From Acetivibrionales bacterium (GTDB lineage: Bacteria > Bacillota > Clostridia > Acetivibrionales > DTU013), in assembly GCA_050952225.1 (NCBI GenBank), contig JBMNKL010000003.1, positions 169,846 through 233,845 of the forward strand: a stretch of DNA of 64,000 bases, given 5' to 3'. Positions 8,473-18,867 of the stretch are shown one piece after another; position 1 is the stretch's first letter, and every line of letters starts with the position of its first letter. The position numbers and the translations under genes were made by a program. The notes under the pieces were generated by a model. That model saw only the letters and a list, made by a program, of their open reading frames with translations. It ran no database searches and was not told the DNA's origin.

Positions 8473-10923
8473 ATGGGAAAGATTGCAGTAGTCGCGATAA
8501 GCGGCGCTACACGTGAATATGATAAGCTGTACCATTATCTCGTTCCGGAGGAATTTGAGGAAAGTATTTTGCCTGGGATGAGGGTCATTGTTCCGTTTGG
8601 CAGGGGAGACAGCCCTAAGGAGGGCTATGTTTTCGGATTTGCCGGGAGTTTGGAATCACGCCCGCTCAAAAAAATTAAAAAGGTCATAGATAAAAAACCG
8701 GTTCTTACCAGGCAGCTGATTAACCTGGCAATTTGGATGAAACAGCGCTATTTCTGCACATATGGCGCGGCTGTCAAGTGCATGCTGCCGGCGGGAATCG
8801 GAGTAAAAGGCACGAGGGTTGTCCGGCTTATCGATGCGGTTGACACGGATGTTCCGCAACAAGAAGCAATAATAGAAGCATTGAAGGATAACGAAGGTGT
8901 GCTGGAATTTGCTGAACTGAAAAAGCTGTGTGGAATAAAAAGCAGGTTTAACACGCATGTAAAGACACTTGAAGAAAAAGGAGCAGTACGTCTTGAAGAG
9001 AGGTATGACTATGCCGTCAGGGAGAAAAGAGTAAGAGCAGCTACTCTTGCCATGTCTCATTTTGAGGTTTCTGAAGATATTGAGAAAGGCGTCTTGAAAA
9101 GTATACAACAGATACGGGTGCTGGAAATACTGCTTGAAAACGAGTATGTAGCAGTACAGGACCTGGCAAGGTTTGCATCAGTATCGGTGTCGGTACTGGA
9201 TACTCTTAGAAAGAATGGGTATATACGCTATATAGACATCGAGGTGAAAAGAGACCCGGTAAAGCACAGGGATGTGGAAGAAACGCTGCCGATGGAGCCC
9301 ACCGGTGAACAGGCCCTGGTTCTTGATACGGCAAAGGCTTTAGCCGATAAGCGCGCTTTTGCTGAAATCCTGCTGCACGGAGTGACCGGCAGCGGTAAAA
9401 CAGAAGTATACATGCAGCTGATCAGGCATGTAATTGATAAGGGCAGGCAGGCAATTGTGCTGGTTCCGGAGATTTCGCTGACGCCGCAGATGGTAGACCG
9501 GTTCAGAGGCAGGTTTGGCAACAAGATTGCCGTTTTGCACAGCAGGCTTTCGCTTGGCGAACGGTATGACCAGTGGCGGATGATCAGGAATGGCGAGGTT
9601 GAGGTTGCTGTAGGAGCAAGATCCGCCGTATTTGCGCCATTTAAAAACCTTGGCGCGATTATCATAGATGAGGAACATGAGACTTCGTACAAGTCTGAAA
9701 CAACGCCAAAGTACAACGCCCTGGAAGTCGCGGCAAAAAGATGCAAGGATGCCGGTGCTTTGCTGGTTTATGGTTCTGCCACTCCGTCGGTTGACACTTA
9801 CCACAGGGCCGTGAGCGGAGAAATTGTCCTGCTTTCCATGAAGGAACGGGCTAATGAGCTTGCGATGCCGGAAGTCCGCGTGGTGGACATGAGAAAGGAA
9901 CTGGAGACAGGAAACAGGACAATGTTTAGTGCTGTTCTTTCTGCTGAAATCAAAAAAAATATTGCCGCCGGGCAGCAGACGATGCTTTTTCTGAACAAGC
10001 GCGGATACGCGTCGTTTGTACTGTGCAGGAACTGCGGAATAACGCTGAAATGCATACGCTGCAATATTACGATGACTTACCACTCGTATGACAACAGGCT
10101 TATATGCCATTATTGCGGCTACACGGTAAAAATGCCGCCGACATGTCCCAAATGCAAAAGCAACAGTATAAGACAGTTTGGGGCAGGCACACAAAAGGTG
10201 GAAGAGGAGCTCAGGAAATACTTCCCCGGCTGCTCCGTGATAAGGATGGATATGGACACAACGACGGGAAAACATTCACATGAAGAAATACTTGATGCAT
10301 TCAGGGAGAAGAATATAAATATTCTTGTTGGCACCCAAATGATAGCCAAGGGGCATGATTTTCCGAACGTGACACTGGTCGGGGTGTTGGCAGCGGACAG
10401 CATGCTTGGCATTAATGACTACAGGGCATCGGAAAGGACTTTCCAGCTTATTACGCAGGTTTCCGGAAGGGCCGGCCGTGGGAAGATTCCCGGAAGGGTC
10501 GTTATTCAGACGTATAATACCGACGATTACAGTATTGTCTCGTCATGCCGGAATGATTATGAATCTTTTTTCAGGCAGGAGTCGGAAGTCAGGAGAATGC
10601 TGAGGTATCCGCCTTTTACAAATATAGGGTACTTGATTGTCAGTTCCGTTAATGACAAGTATGCATTTGAATATGCAAAGAAAACAGCAGCTTACCTGGC
10701 GGCAGGAATAAAAGCTGATGAAGGCGATAAACTGATGCCCGGCCCGATGCGCGCGCCGGTTTCCAGGCTGAAAAACAGGTACAGGTGGCGGCTGGTGATA
10801 AAGTGCGATTCCCTGGAACGGCTGGTGGAATTGCTTTCCGACACGTCGGATTATTTTGACAAGATAAGGGGCAGGCGTGACGTAAGGCTCAGTATGGATA
10901 TTAATCCGGTTAATGTGATGTGA
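8473..10923 (+). CDS. priA: Primosomal protein N' (replication restart helicase PriA)
   Basis: The ORF is open from 8455, but AAGGAAAGG precedes ATG 8473. Walker A GVTGSGKTEVY, DEEH box, and a Cys-rich zinc region (CRNCG...CIRC...CHYCG...CPKC). Confidence 0.93.
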   Translation: MGKIAVVAISGATREYDKLYHYLVPEEFEESILPGMRVIVPFGRGDSPKEGYVFGFAGSLESRPLKKIKKVIDKKPVLTRQLINLAIWMKQRYFCTYGAAVKCMLPAGIGVKGTRVVRLIDAVDTDVPQQEAIIEALKDNEGVLEFAELKKLCGIKSRFNTHVKTLEEKGAVRLEERYDYAVREKRVRAATLAMSHFEVSEDIEKGVLKSIQQIRVLEILLENEYVAVQDLARFASVSVSVLDTLRKNGYIRYIDIEVKRDPVKHRDVEETLPMEPTGEQALVLDTAKALADKRAFAEILLHGVTGSGKTEVYMQLIRHVIDKGRQAIVLVPEISLTPQMVDRFRGRFGNKIAVLHSRLSLGERYDQWRMIRNGEVEVAVGARSAVFAPFKNLGAIIIDEEHETSYKSETTPKYNALEVAAKRCKDAGALLVYGSATPSVDTYHRAVSGEIVLLSMKERANELAMPEVRVVDMRKELETGNRTMFSAVLSAEIKKNIAAGQQTMLFLNKRGYASFVLCRNCGITLKCIRCNITMTYHSYDNRLICHYCGYTVKMPPTCPKCKSNSIRQFGAGTQKVEEELRKYFPGCSVIRMDMDTTTGKHSHEEILDAFREKNINILVGTQMIAKGHDFPNVTLVGVLAADSMLGINDYRASERTFQLITQVSGRAGRGKIPGRVVIQTYNTDDYSIVSSCRNDYESFFRQESEVRRMLRYPPFTNIGYLIVSSVNDKYAFEYAKKTAAYLAAGIKADEGDKLMPGPMRAPVSRLKNRYRWRLVIKCDSLERLVELLSDTSDYFDKIRGRRDVRLSMDINPVNVM

Positions 10924-10971
10924 TGCTGTGAAGACTAAATAGCAGGATGCGTGGGCGCGGATGTATCGGGT

Positions 10972-11186
10972 GGATTACATGCGGGTGCGGGTCAAGGCAT
11001 CGGATGAAAACTCCGAGCGACTCCAACGCATATGCCCTTGTTTTTGTTCGGCCGCTTCTAATGACGTCCGTGTCATTTCCAGCTAAATCCGCCGTCCGGG
11101 CGGATTTGCCTCACCTTGGTTTGGCATATGCTTAGATTCGCTAAGTCGCTTTCATAGATGCCTTGACCCGCACCCGCGTGTAATCC
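10972..11186. repeat. 215-nt element closed by a 30-bp near-perfect inverted repeat (structured RNA or MITE candidate)
   Basis: 10972-11001 GGATTACATGCGGGTGCGGGTCAAGGCATC pairs with 11157-11186 at 29/30 positions; the single mismatch is T:G. Inner 9-bp pair 11028-11036 / 11123-11131. Internal hairpins at 11061-11076 and 11085-11107. Confidence 0.75.
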
Positions 11187-11271
11187 GTGCAAGGGAAGCA
11201 CCCTGCAGCCATTCCCACGAGGGAAGCTAATGTCAAATTTTAAACCAACCTGTCCGCCCTGTCCGTACTCG

Positions 11272-11301
11272 TTGCAGTGCGGGATGAATATCTGATATAA
11301 T
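11272..11301 (+). promoter_or_regulatory. Sigma-A type promoter upstream of def
   Basis: TTGCAG (11272-11277), 18-nt spacer, TATAAT (11296-11301). Confidence 0.5.
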
Positions 11302-11336
11302 GAAAAAGCGGAAATGCAGGAATTGGGAGTGGGCAT

Positions 11337-11810
11337 ATGGCTATTCGTAACATAAGGAAAGACGGAGACGAGATTCTCAGGAAGAAAGCAAAAGAAGTAG
11401 ATGAAATCACTGATAAAATACGTATGCTGCTGGATGATATGGCAGATACGATGTATGAGGCGAACGGTGCGGGGCTTGCCGCGCCGCAGGTGGGCATTCT
11501 GAAGCGGCTCGTGGTTATTGACGTCGGGGATGGGCTGATCAAGCTTGTCAACCCGGTGATTAAGAACTGTTCCGGACAGCAGCGGGTGGTCGAGGGATGC
11601 CTGAGCGTACCCGGGATATGGGGAGAAGTAGACCGTCCGGAGCAGGTGTTGGTTGAAGCTCTTAACCCGGATGGTGAAAAAATCACGCTTGAGGGAGAAG
11701 GTTTGCTGGCGCAGGCGCTTTGCCACGAAATAGACCACCTTGACGGCATACTTTTCAAGGACAAGGTGGTGCGCTTCCTGGACAAGGAAGAAATAGAGGG
11801 AGTGAAATAA
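11337..11810 (+). CDS. def: Peptide deformylase
   Basis: 157 aa. Motifs [18 protein letters not shown] and HEIDHLDG. Confidence 0.95.
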   Translation: MAIRNIRKDGDEILRKKAKEVDEITDKIRMLLDDMADTMYEANGAGLAAPQVGILKRLVVIDVGDGLIKLVNPVIKNCSGQQRVVEGCLSVPGIWGEVDRPEQVLVEALNPDGEKITLEGEGLLAQALCHEIDHLDGILFKDKVVRFLDKEEIEGVK

Positions 11811-11817
11811 TTATATA

Positions 11818-12786
11818 ATGAGAATAGTTTTCATGGGTACGCCTGATTTTGCCGTACCATGCCTTAATGCGCTTGTCAGTAACGGGTATGAAATTGCCGG
11901 CGTCGTTACGCAGCCTGACAGGCCTGTCGGCAGAAGACACAGCCGCCTTGTGGCTCCGCCAGTAAAGGAAGCTGCGCTTAAGTCTGGCATAAAAACAATA
12001 TTGCAGCCGGAGAAGGTTAGAACACGGGAATTTGCTGATTCCATCAGGGAACTGGACCCTGACCTTATTGTGGTTGTGGCCTACGGTAGAATCCTGACAA
12101 AAGATGTATTGGATATACCGAAACACGGCTGCATAAACATACATGCTTCACTTTTGCCGAAATACAGGGGAGCGGCACCTATACAGTGGGCCATCATAAA
12201 TGGCGATGAAAAGACGGGGATTACAGCAATGCTTATGGATGAAGGCATGGATACCGGGGATATATTGCTGACAAAGGAAATTCCCATACCGCCTGACATG
12301 AACTGCGGCGAGCTTTATGACAGGCTGAAGGAACTTGGCGCCGAGGTACTGATTGAAACCTTGAGGCGGCTGGAAAACGGCACATTGACCAGGACACCGC
12401 AAGATCATGCGGAAGCGGTATATGTTCCCATGATAAAAAAAGAAACAGGGCTGATTGACTGGAAAAAAAGCGCGTATGAAATACACAACCTGGTAAGGGG
12501 GACTGACCCATGGCCGGGTGCATATACATTTTACAAGGGAAAGAGGATGAAAATCAGGAAAACTGCTGTTTTGAGCGAATGTACCGAAAACGGGCGGGAG
12601 CACTGCACGTCAGGGAAAGCTGATGTGCTGGCGCCCGGAACGATACTGAAGATATCCCGGCAGGATATGGTTGTTTCAACTGGTAACGGCTGCCTGAAAA
12701 TCAGCGAATTACAATTTGAGAATTGCAGATGGATGAGTGTTTGCGAATGCGGGCATAATATGGACGAAGGTGAAGTGCTTGGATAA
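11818..12786 (+). CDS. fmt: Methionyl-tRNA formyltransferase
   Basis: 322 aa. MRIVFMGTPDFAVP N-terminus and HASLLPKYRGAAPIQW motif. Confidence 0.95.
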   Translation: MRIVFMGTPDFAVPCLNALVSNGYEIAGVVTQPDRPVGRRHSRLVAPPVKEAALKSGIKTILQPEKVRTREFADSIRELDPDLIVVVAYGRILTKDVLDIPKHGCINIHASLLPKYRGAAPIQWAIINGDEKTGITAMLMDEGMDTGDILLTKEIPIPPDMNCGELYDRLKELGAEVLIETLRRLENGTLTRTPQDHAEAVYVPMIKKETGLIDWKKSAYEIHNLVRGTDPWPGAYTFYKGKRMKIRKTAVLSECTENGREHCTSGKADVLAPGTILKISRQDMVVSTGNGCLKISELQFENCRWMSVCECGHNMDEGEVLG

Positions 12787-13525
12787 GAGGCTTGGCAATT
12801 TCATCGGCTGTTCTTTTATTCTTCTCCTGGTTGCAGGGTCGTTTGCGGCACTGCTTTTGTATATATACAGTGTTTTTTCCATTAACGCATACAACAGAAT
12901 CGTTTTTGCATTGATATTAGTTTCGATAATTGCCATGGTTGTCGTTTTAGCTGCCATGATTGCAGTTTTCGCGGCGGTCACGACAAAAAGAATACATCCG
13001 AAGATGGTGCTTCCTGTAAAGATTGGAATGAAGCTGGTGCTGCCGTTTGCGCTATTTGCGGCAGGTCTTGGAAAAAAGGACAAGGATGGGATAAGAAGCC
13101 TTTTTATCGATATCAACAATTTGTGTGTCCAGGCAGGGAATATTAAAAAAAGCCCCGACAAGGTACTTCTCTTGCTGCCTCACTGCCTGCAGGATTCCGG
13201 GTGCGGACTGAAAATTACCGGTGATATCAACAATTGCAGGAAATGCGGCAGATGCACCATAGGCGTGATAAGTGACATGGCCGAAGAGAAGGGAGTAAAG
13301 GCGGTCGTGGTTACGGGAGGCACTGCGGCACGCGCCGTCATCGACAGGGAAAAGCCTGAGATCGTGCTCTCGGTTGCGTGCGAACGTGATCTTTCAACCG
13401 GCATATCGGAAGTAACCAGTATTCCCGTGATAGGTGTTTTAAACCAAAGGTCGTACGGACCATGTGAAAATACCACGGTGGATGTCGATTCGTTGAGGGA
13501 TAAGCTTGAAAGTATTTTAGGATAA
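12779..13525 (+). CDS. DUF116-family membrane protein with C-terminal Cys cluster
   Basis: The ORF is open from 12737 and overlaps fmt. AAGGTGA precedes TTG 12779. N-terminal TM helices. PHCLQDSGCGLKITGDINNCRKCGRCTIG. It occupies the conserved position between fmt and rsmB. Confidence 0.7.
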   Translation: MDKRLGNFIGCSFILLLVAGSFAALLLYIYSVFSINAYNRIVFALILVSIIAMVVVLAAMIAVFAAVTTKRIHPKMVLPVKIGMKLVLPFALFAAGLGKKDKDGIRSLFIDINNLCVQAGNIKKSPDKVLLLLPHCLQDSGCGLKITGDINNCRKCGRCTIGVISDMAEEKGVKAVVVTGGTAARAVIDREKPEIVLSVACERDLSTGISEVTSIPVIGVLNQRSYGPCENTTVDVDSLRDKLESILG

Positions 13526-13553
13526 GATTACGGTCTGTGGAGAAGGGCGGGTT

Positions 13554-14900
13554 TTGACGCTGGACAAGGCAAGGGAGACGGCTCTGAAAATAATATACGA
13601 GATAAATGAACAAGGCGCGTATTCCAATATTGCGCTGAACAGGCATTTAGCAGCAGGGAAATTAAGCGACATCGACAGGGCTTTCATTACCGAGATTGTT
13701 TATGGCTCGGTCAAGTGGAGACTGATGCTGGACAGGGTGATTGCCCATTACTCCAACATAAAAATGGGGAAGCTTTCGCCATGGATTGTAAATATTCTCA
13801 GAATGGGTGTCTACCAACTGCTTCACATGACCAGGGTGCCTGCATCGGCTGCGTGCAATGAAAGTGTCAAGCTAGCAACCAGGTACGGTCACAGGGCTTC
13901 GGCCGGTTTTGTCAACGCTGTTTTGAGAAAAGTCGCCAAAGATGGCGCGGACGCGGCCTTGCCATCGAAGGAAAAGGATTTTGCCGATTACCTGTCTGTA
14001 AAGTATTCTTACCCCGGGTGGCTGGTTGACAAGTTTATAAAGCTTTTCGGTCCCGGGTTTGCTGAAAGCCTGCTTGACGCGGGAAATGCTGTCCCGGAAA
14101 TGACCGTCAGGGCAAATACATTGCGTATTACCGTTCCGGGACTTATTGAGAGGCTAAATGAAGAAGGGGTGGAAGCCGTTCCAGGGAGATACGCTTCTGA
14201 AGCCGTTATTATTAAAAGCCACGTTTCGGTGGCTGGTTTGAAAGCTTTTCAGGAAGGGCTGTTCCAGGTACAGGACGAGAGCTCGATGCTTGTGGCGGGA
14301 GTGCTCGCGCCTATGCCAGGGGAGAGAGTTCTTGACGCTTGCAGTGCACCGGGCGGCAAAACGACACATATTGCGCAGCTTATGAAAAACAGGGGAATAA
14401 TCATAGCAGGGGATATTCACAGGCACAAGCTGAAACTTGTGGACGATACGGCCTCAAGGCTTGGAATAGATATAATAAAAAGTGAAATCCGTGATGCGGC
14501 CGTACCTGATGCACGATATGACAGGGCTTTTGACAGGGTTTTGCTGGACGCTCCGTGCACCGGCCTGGGAATAATCAGGAGAAAACCCGATATCAAGTGG
14601 GCAAGGGAAACGAAAGACATTGACAGTATTTCCGCACTGCAAAAAAAGATGCTTAAGGCCGTGTCGGAAAGCGTAAAGCCGGGAGGAGTGCTTGTATATT
14701 GCACTTGCACAATACTGCCCGAAGAGAATGAGGAAATAATCACGGACTTTTTGCAAAACAATCCCGGTTTTGCAGAGGACGATATTGCGCCATATTTACC
14801 TGCCGGGATAGCAGTCCATGCAAAAGGGTCCATGCTGCAAATTTACCCGAACCGTGACGGCATGGACGGATTTTTTATAGCAAGGCTAAAAAGAGTATGA
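13554..14900 (+). CDS. rsmB: 16S rRNA (cytosine967-C5)-methyltransferase
   Basis: 448 aa. NusB-like N-terminal domain. SAM-MTase motifs LDACSAPGGKT and DAPCTGLG. Confidence 0.9.
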   Translation: MTLDKARETALKIIYEINEQGAYSNIALNRHLAAGKLSDIDRAFITEIVYGSVKWRLMLDRVIAHYSNIKMGKLSPWIVNILRMGVYQLLHMTRVPASAACNESVKLATRYGHRASAGFVNAVLRKVAKDGADAALPSKEKDFADYLSVKYSYPGWLVDKFIKLFGPGFAESLLDAGNAVPEMTVRANTLRITVPGLIERLNEEGVEAVPGRYASEAVIIKSHVSVAGLKAFQEGLFQVQDESSMLVAGVLAPMPGERVLDACSAPGGKTTHIAQLMKNRGIIIAGDIHRHKLKLVDDTASRLGIDIIKSEIRDAAVPDARYDRAFDRVLLDAPCTGLGIIRRKPDIKWARETKDIDSISALQKKMLKAVSESVKPGGVLVYCTCTILPEENEEIITDFLQNNPGFAEDDIAPYLPAGIAVHAKGSMLQIYPNRDGMDGFFIARLKRV

Positions 14901-15010
14901 GCTGGCTGGCACGGGAGTAAAATGAAACAAGCGGCAGGCCATGGCAAGACATGAACCAGGGCGGAGACAAGTCCGGACTAAAATGTAAATAGCAGGATTA
15001 AGGAGAAGCA

Positions 15011-16057
15011 ATGCAAAAGAAATATCTTCCCGACATGGACATAAAAGAGCTGGAAGAGTTCCTGCAAGGAACGGGACAGGAAAAATACAGGGCCAGGCAG
15101 GTATTTGGATGGATTGCCAGGGGAGCGGCAGATTTTGATGAAATGACGGACCTGTCGAAAAAGTTGAGACAGGAACTGAAACATATCGCCGCTTTATCAG
15201 GTCTATATATTAAGAAAAAGCAGGAGTCGAAGGCTGACGGTACCGTTAAGTACTTATTCGGGCTTGTTGACGGCAATATTATCGAGGGTGTCCTGATGAA
15301 GTACCAATACGGCTACACGGCTTGCATCTCGTCACAGGTGGGATGCAAAATGGGATGCAGGTTTTGCGCATCGGCAATTGCAGGCTTCAGGAGAGATTTG
15401 ACCGCCGGAGAAATGCTGGAACAGGTCACGAAGATGCAGAGAGACAGCGGAGTAAAAATTGGAAACGTGGTTATAATGGGTATTGGAGAGCCTTTTGATA
15501 ATTATGATAACGTTATGAAATTCTTAAGGCTTGTTCATGCGCCCGAAGGGCTGAATATAGGGTACAGGCATATAACAGTGTCTACATGCGGCCTGGTTCC
15601 GTATATACTTAGATTTTCGGAGGAAAAACTGCAGGTGAACCTGGCGGTTTCGCTGCATGCGCCTAATGACCGTATAAGATCGCTAATCATGCCGTCTGGC
15701 AGGAAGTACTCTATTGACAAAATCATTGAAGCATGTAAGATATATACAGAGAAAACGGGAAGAAGGGTCACTTTTGAATATGCACTAATAGATGGGATCA
15801 ACGATTCGCCGGAGAATGCCGTGGAGCTTGCGTCCCGTTTGAAAGGCTTATTGTGCCATGTGAACCTGATCCCGGTCAATAACGTAAATGGTACTGGCTA
15901 TCGAAAGAGCAGCCGCGAAAGCATCGGGAATTTTCAAAGGCTGCTGGCAAAAAACGGTATTGAAGCAACGGTCAGAAGAGAACTGGGGTCCGATATAGAA
16001 GCGGCTTGCGGGCAACTCAGGAGGAGTGAGTTGAACGAATATTCCCAATTAGACTAA
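15011..16057 (+). CDS. rlmN: 23S rRNA/tRNA (adenine-C2)-methyltransferase, radical SAM
   Basis: 348 aa. Radical SAM motif [11 protein letters not shown] and C-terminal conserved ACGQL. Confidence 0.93.
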   Translation: MQKKYLPDMDIKELEEFLQGTGQEKYRARQVFGWIARGAADFDEMTDLSKKLRQELKHIAALSGLYIKKKQESKADGTVKYLFGLVDGNIIEGVLMKYQYGYTACISSQVGCKMGCRFCASAIAGFRRDLTAGEMLEQVTKMQRDSGVKIGNVVIMGIGEPFDNYDNVMKFLRLVHAPEGLNIGYRHITVSTCGLVPYILRFSEEKLQVNLAVSLHAPNDRIRSLIMPSGRKYSIDKIIEACKIYTEKTGRRVTFEYALIDGINDSPENAVELASRLKGLLCHVNLIPVNNVNGTGYRKSSRESIGNFQRLLAKNGIEATVRRELGSDIEAACGQLRRSELNEYSQLD

Positions 16058-16072
16058 AAGGATGCTGATATT

Positions 16073-16807
16073 TTGAAGTTTGCCGCCAGGTCTGACAGGG
16101 GATTGGTCAGAGAACTAAATGAAGATAGCTATGGAATAATAAGCGGTTCTTCCGAGATTCCGTTTGTATTTATTGTAGCCGATGGGATGGGCGGCCATAA
16201 CTGTGGTGAAGTTGCAAGCAGGATGGCTGTCGAATACGTAAAAAGTACGGTTGAACGATGCGGCTTTAGCTTAGTGTCTTCGGAGGATGCGGAAGAGGCG
16301 TTTAAAGAGATAGTAAAGGGCGCAAACAACGCTGTCCTTGAAGCTTCGCTGGAGCAGCCGGAAACCGCCGGCATGGGGACAACGCTGACGATGGCCGCGA
16401 TTTTCGGCAAGAAGGTTACCGTGGCCCATGTAGGGGACAGCAGGCTTTACCTGGTCCGCGGAGGTGATATGCGCCAGTTGACCGAGGACCACTCATACAT
16501 AAGCGAGTTGGTTAAAAATGGCACGCTTACAATAGAAGAAGCGAAAATTCATCCTAAAAAGAATATAATAACCAGGGCAATCGGTACTTCGCCCGCGCTT
16601 GATGTGGACACGCTGAGCCTTGATTATGAAGAAGGGGATATATTCGTTCTTTGCACGGATGGCCTCACGAATATGCTTGAGGAACATGAAATACTTGATG
16701 TCGCTGTAAATAATGAACCGGGCGATGCGTGCGAAAAGCTTGTTGATTTTGCTAAAAGCAGGGGCGGCGAAGACAACATAACAGTTATTGTTATCAAATG
16801 TGAGTGA
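16073..16807 (+). CDS. stp: PP2C-family Ser/Thr protein phosphatase
   Basis: 244 aa, TTG start. Motifs ADGMGGH and CTDGL. Its stop overlaps the prkC region. Confidence 0.9.
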   Translation: MKFAARSDRGLVRELNEDSYGIISGSSEIPFVFIVADGMGGHNCGEVASRMAVEYVKSTVERCGFSLVSSEDAEEAFKEIVKGANNAVLEASLEQPETAGMGTTLTMAAIFGKKVTVAHVGDSRLYLVRGGDMRQLTEDHSYISELVKNGTLTIEEAKIHPKKNIITRAIGTSPALDVDTLSLDYEEGDIFVLCTDGLTNMLEEHEILDVAVNNEPGDACEKLVDFAKSRGGEDNITVIVIKCE

Positions 16808-16818
16808 AGGTGCACTTT

Positions 16819-18846
16819 ATGGAAGGTAAAATACTTGGAAATAGATATCAGCTGATTGAAAGAATAGGCAGCGGAGGCATGGCTATCGTTTATAAAGCAA
16901 AGGATCTTCTGCTCAACCGTTACGTGGCTGTTAAGATCCTGCGCAGCGAATTTACCGACGACGAGGAGTTCGTAAAGCGGTTTCGTGTGGAGGCGCAAGC
17001 GGCAGCCAGCCTGAACCATCCAAATATAGTTTCGATTTATGATGTGGGAAAGCAGGAAGGTATACAGTACATTGTCATGGAGTATATTGACGGTATCACG
17101 TTGAAGGAGTATATCGCCGGAAAAGGCGCCCTGCCATGGAGAGAGGCTGTCGGAATAGCAATACAGATTTGTTCGGCTATCGAACACGCGCACAGGAACC
17201 ATATCGTACATCGTGATATCAAACCCCACAATATCATGATCACGAGTGAAGGTATTGCAAAAGTAACAGATTTCGGAATAGCGAGAGCCGTGACTTCTGC
17301 TACTATAACAATGGTCGGAAGCACAATAGGCTCTGTTCATTATTTTTCGCCCGAGCAGGCAAGAGGCGGATTTACGGACGAGAAGTCCGACCTTTATTCG
17401 CTTGGAATAACTATTTATGAAATGGTTACCGGCAGGGTTCCCTTTGATGGAGAGAGCCCCGTCGCAGTTGCCTTGAAGCATATACAGGAGAGGGCTGAGC
17501 GTCCGTCCGACGTCAATTCGTCCATTCCCAGGGGCATTAACGATATTATTGTCAAGGCTATGAAGAAGGACCAGAATCTTCGCTACCAAAGCGCATCGGA
17601 AATGCTGAACGACCTTGAGACGGTGTTGTATGAGCCAAATGCGAAAATAGCCGGAAGCAATGCCGTGGAAGATCTGCCGACAAAGAAAATGAAGGCGGTC
17701 GGAAAAGAAGTGAAAACCCTGTGGGACGAAGAAGACAATGAAATCGGCAATGAAGAAATTTCGAAGGACAGTGATGATCTCATGGGCAGTAATAAAAAGA
17801 GGGACAGGTTAAGCGTGTGGCTTGGCATTGCGGCAGGCCTGGTCATAGCTGCTGTGATTTTTTATATAGGGTTTAAGATAGTAATTCCCGCTATTTTGCC
17901 GGATAATACTGACGTCTACGTGGTGGAGGACTTTAAAAACAGGAATTTTTTCGACGTGAGAGAGGAATTGAAAAAATACGATATTGAAGCTATAGATGAA
18001 CGTATTTATCACGACACGGTCGGCCAGGATATAATCATATCACAAAGCGTAGCCGCAGGAAACACGCTTAAGCCTGGCAGTTCCATCAAGTTTGTTGTAA
18101 GTGACGGTATTGAACTCGTGCAGGTGCCCGATATAGCAGGAGAAGAGTCAAGGGTGGGAGAACAGATTATAAAGGATCACGGCCTTAAGGTTAATGAGGT
18201 TCATGAACACAGCGAAACCGTGGGTACCGGCCTTATCATCAAAACAGAACCGGATGCGTTTGAAAAAGTGAGGCCCGGTGAAACGGTAACCGTATATGTC
18301 AGCTTAGGGCCGAAACTGGAGAAGGTTGTAGTCCCAAACCTGATTGGCCTGACAAGGAAGGAAGCCGAAAAGCTCATACTCGAAAGCAATCTTAGAATAG
18401 GGAATATCATTCCGGAAGATATAGTAAGCGACGTGGCAAAGATAATAAGGCAATATCCTTATGCCGGTGAAGAGGTGGAAGAGGAAACCGCGGTGGAAAT
18501 GGAGTTTGAGATAGAAAGCGACCCCGGACCCGGTCAACCGGAAGATTCCCGGGACGGTGATAACGGCCAGGTACCGGGGAACGGACAAGAAGGCCGTGAA
18601 CCTTCTAAAAAGAGAACCAAGCGCATTACTGTTTCTTTAAATCCTTTTGTAGATTATGGCGACGAGGTAATGGTGTACGTTGAAACGACGCCTTCCGACA
18701 CGAATGTAACCAAGGTAGAATTTAACAGCCTGGTAGCAAAGAAGAATTTTCCGTTCAGTATCGAGATTACACTGGCAGAGCGTGGTACGACCCATCTCAT
18801 TGTCAAGCTGGACGGGTTGCTGGCCCAGGAAACCGATATCGAATAA
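16819..18846 (+). CDS. prkC: Ser/Thr protein kinase with PASTA repeats
   Basis: The ORF is open from 16804; GAAGGTG precedes ATG 16819. Motifs GSGGMAIVYKA, HRDIKPHN and DFG. A TM segment is followed by repeated PASTA-like units. Confidence 0.93.
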   Translation: MEGKILGNRYQLIERIGSGGMAIVYKAKDLLLNRYVAVKILRSEFTDDEEFVKRFRVEAQAAASLNHPNIVSIYDVGKQEGIQYIVMEYIDGITLKEYIAGKGALPWREAVGIAIQICSAIEHAHRNHIVHRDIKPHNIMITSEGIAKVTDFGIARAVTSATITMVGSTIGSVHYFSPEQARGGFTDEKSDLYSLGITIYEMVTGRVPFDGESPVAVALKHIQERAERPSDVNSSIPRGINDIIVKAMKKDQNLRYQSASEMLNDLETVLYEPNAKIAGSNAVEDLPTKKMKAVGKEVKTLWDEEDNEIGNEEISKDSDDLMGSNKKRDRLSVWLGIAAGLVIAAVIFYIGFKIVIPAILPDNTDVYVVEDFKNRNFFDVREELKKYDIEAIDERIYHDTVGQDIIISQSVAAGNTLKPGSSIKFVVSDGIELVQVPDIAGEESRVGEQIIKDHGLKVNEVHEHSETVGTGLIIKTEPDAFEKVRPGETVTVYVSLGPKLEKVVVPNLIGLTRKEAEKLILESNLRIGNIIPEDIVSDVAKIIRQYPYAGEEVEEETAVEMEFEIESDPGPGQPEDSRDGDNGQVPGNGQEGREPSKKRTKRITVSLNPFVDYGDEVMVYVETTPSDTNVTKVEFNSLVAKKNFPFSIEITLAERGTTHLIVKLDGLLAQETDIE

Positions 18847-18867
18847 ATCAAAGGGAGGTCCTAAGTA

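Noticed and set aside
9340-10275. 311-aa minus-strand ORF inside priA. Similar cases: a 321-aa ORF at 16624-17589 inside stp/prkC, and a 205-aa ORF at 33221-33838 opposite infC.
   Set aside because: They are antisense to strongly supported conserved genes. They have no SD, no recognisable motifs, and Arg/Ser/Cys-rich composition typical of antisense frames.
10947-11135. 62-aa ORF (MRGRGCIGWITCGCGSRH...).
   Set aside because: It lies entirely inside the long inverted-repeat element. It has no SD and its composition is driven by the GC-rich repeat arms.
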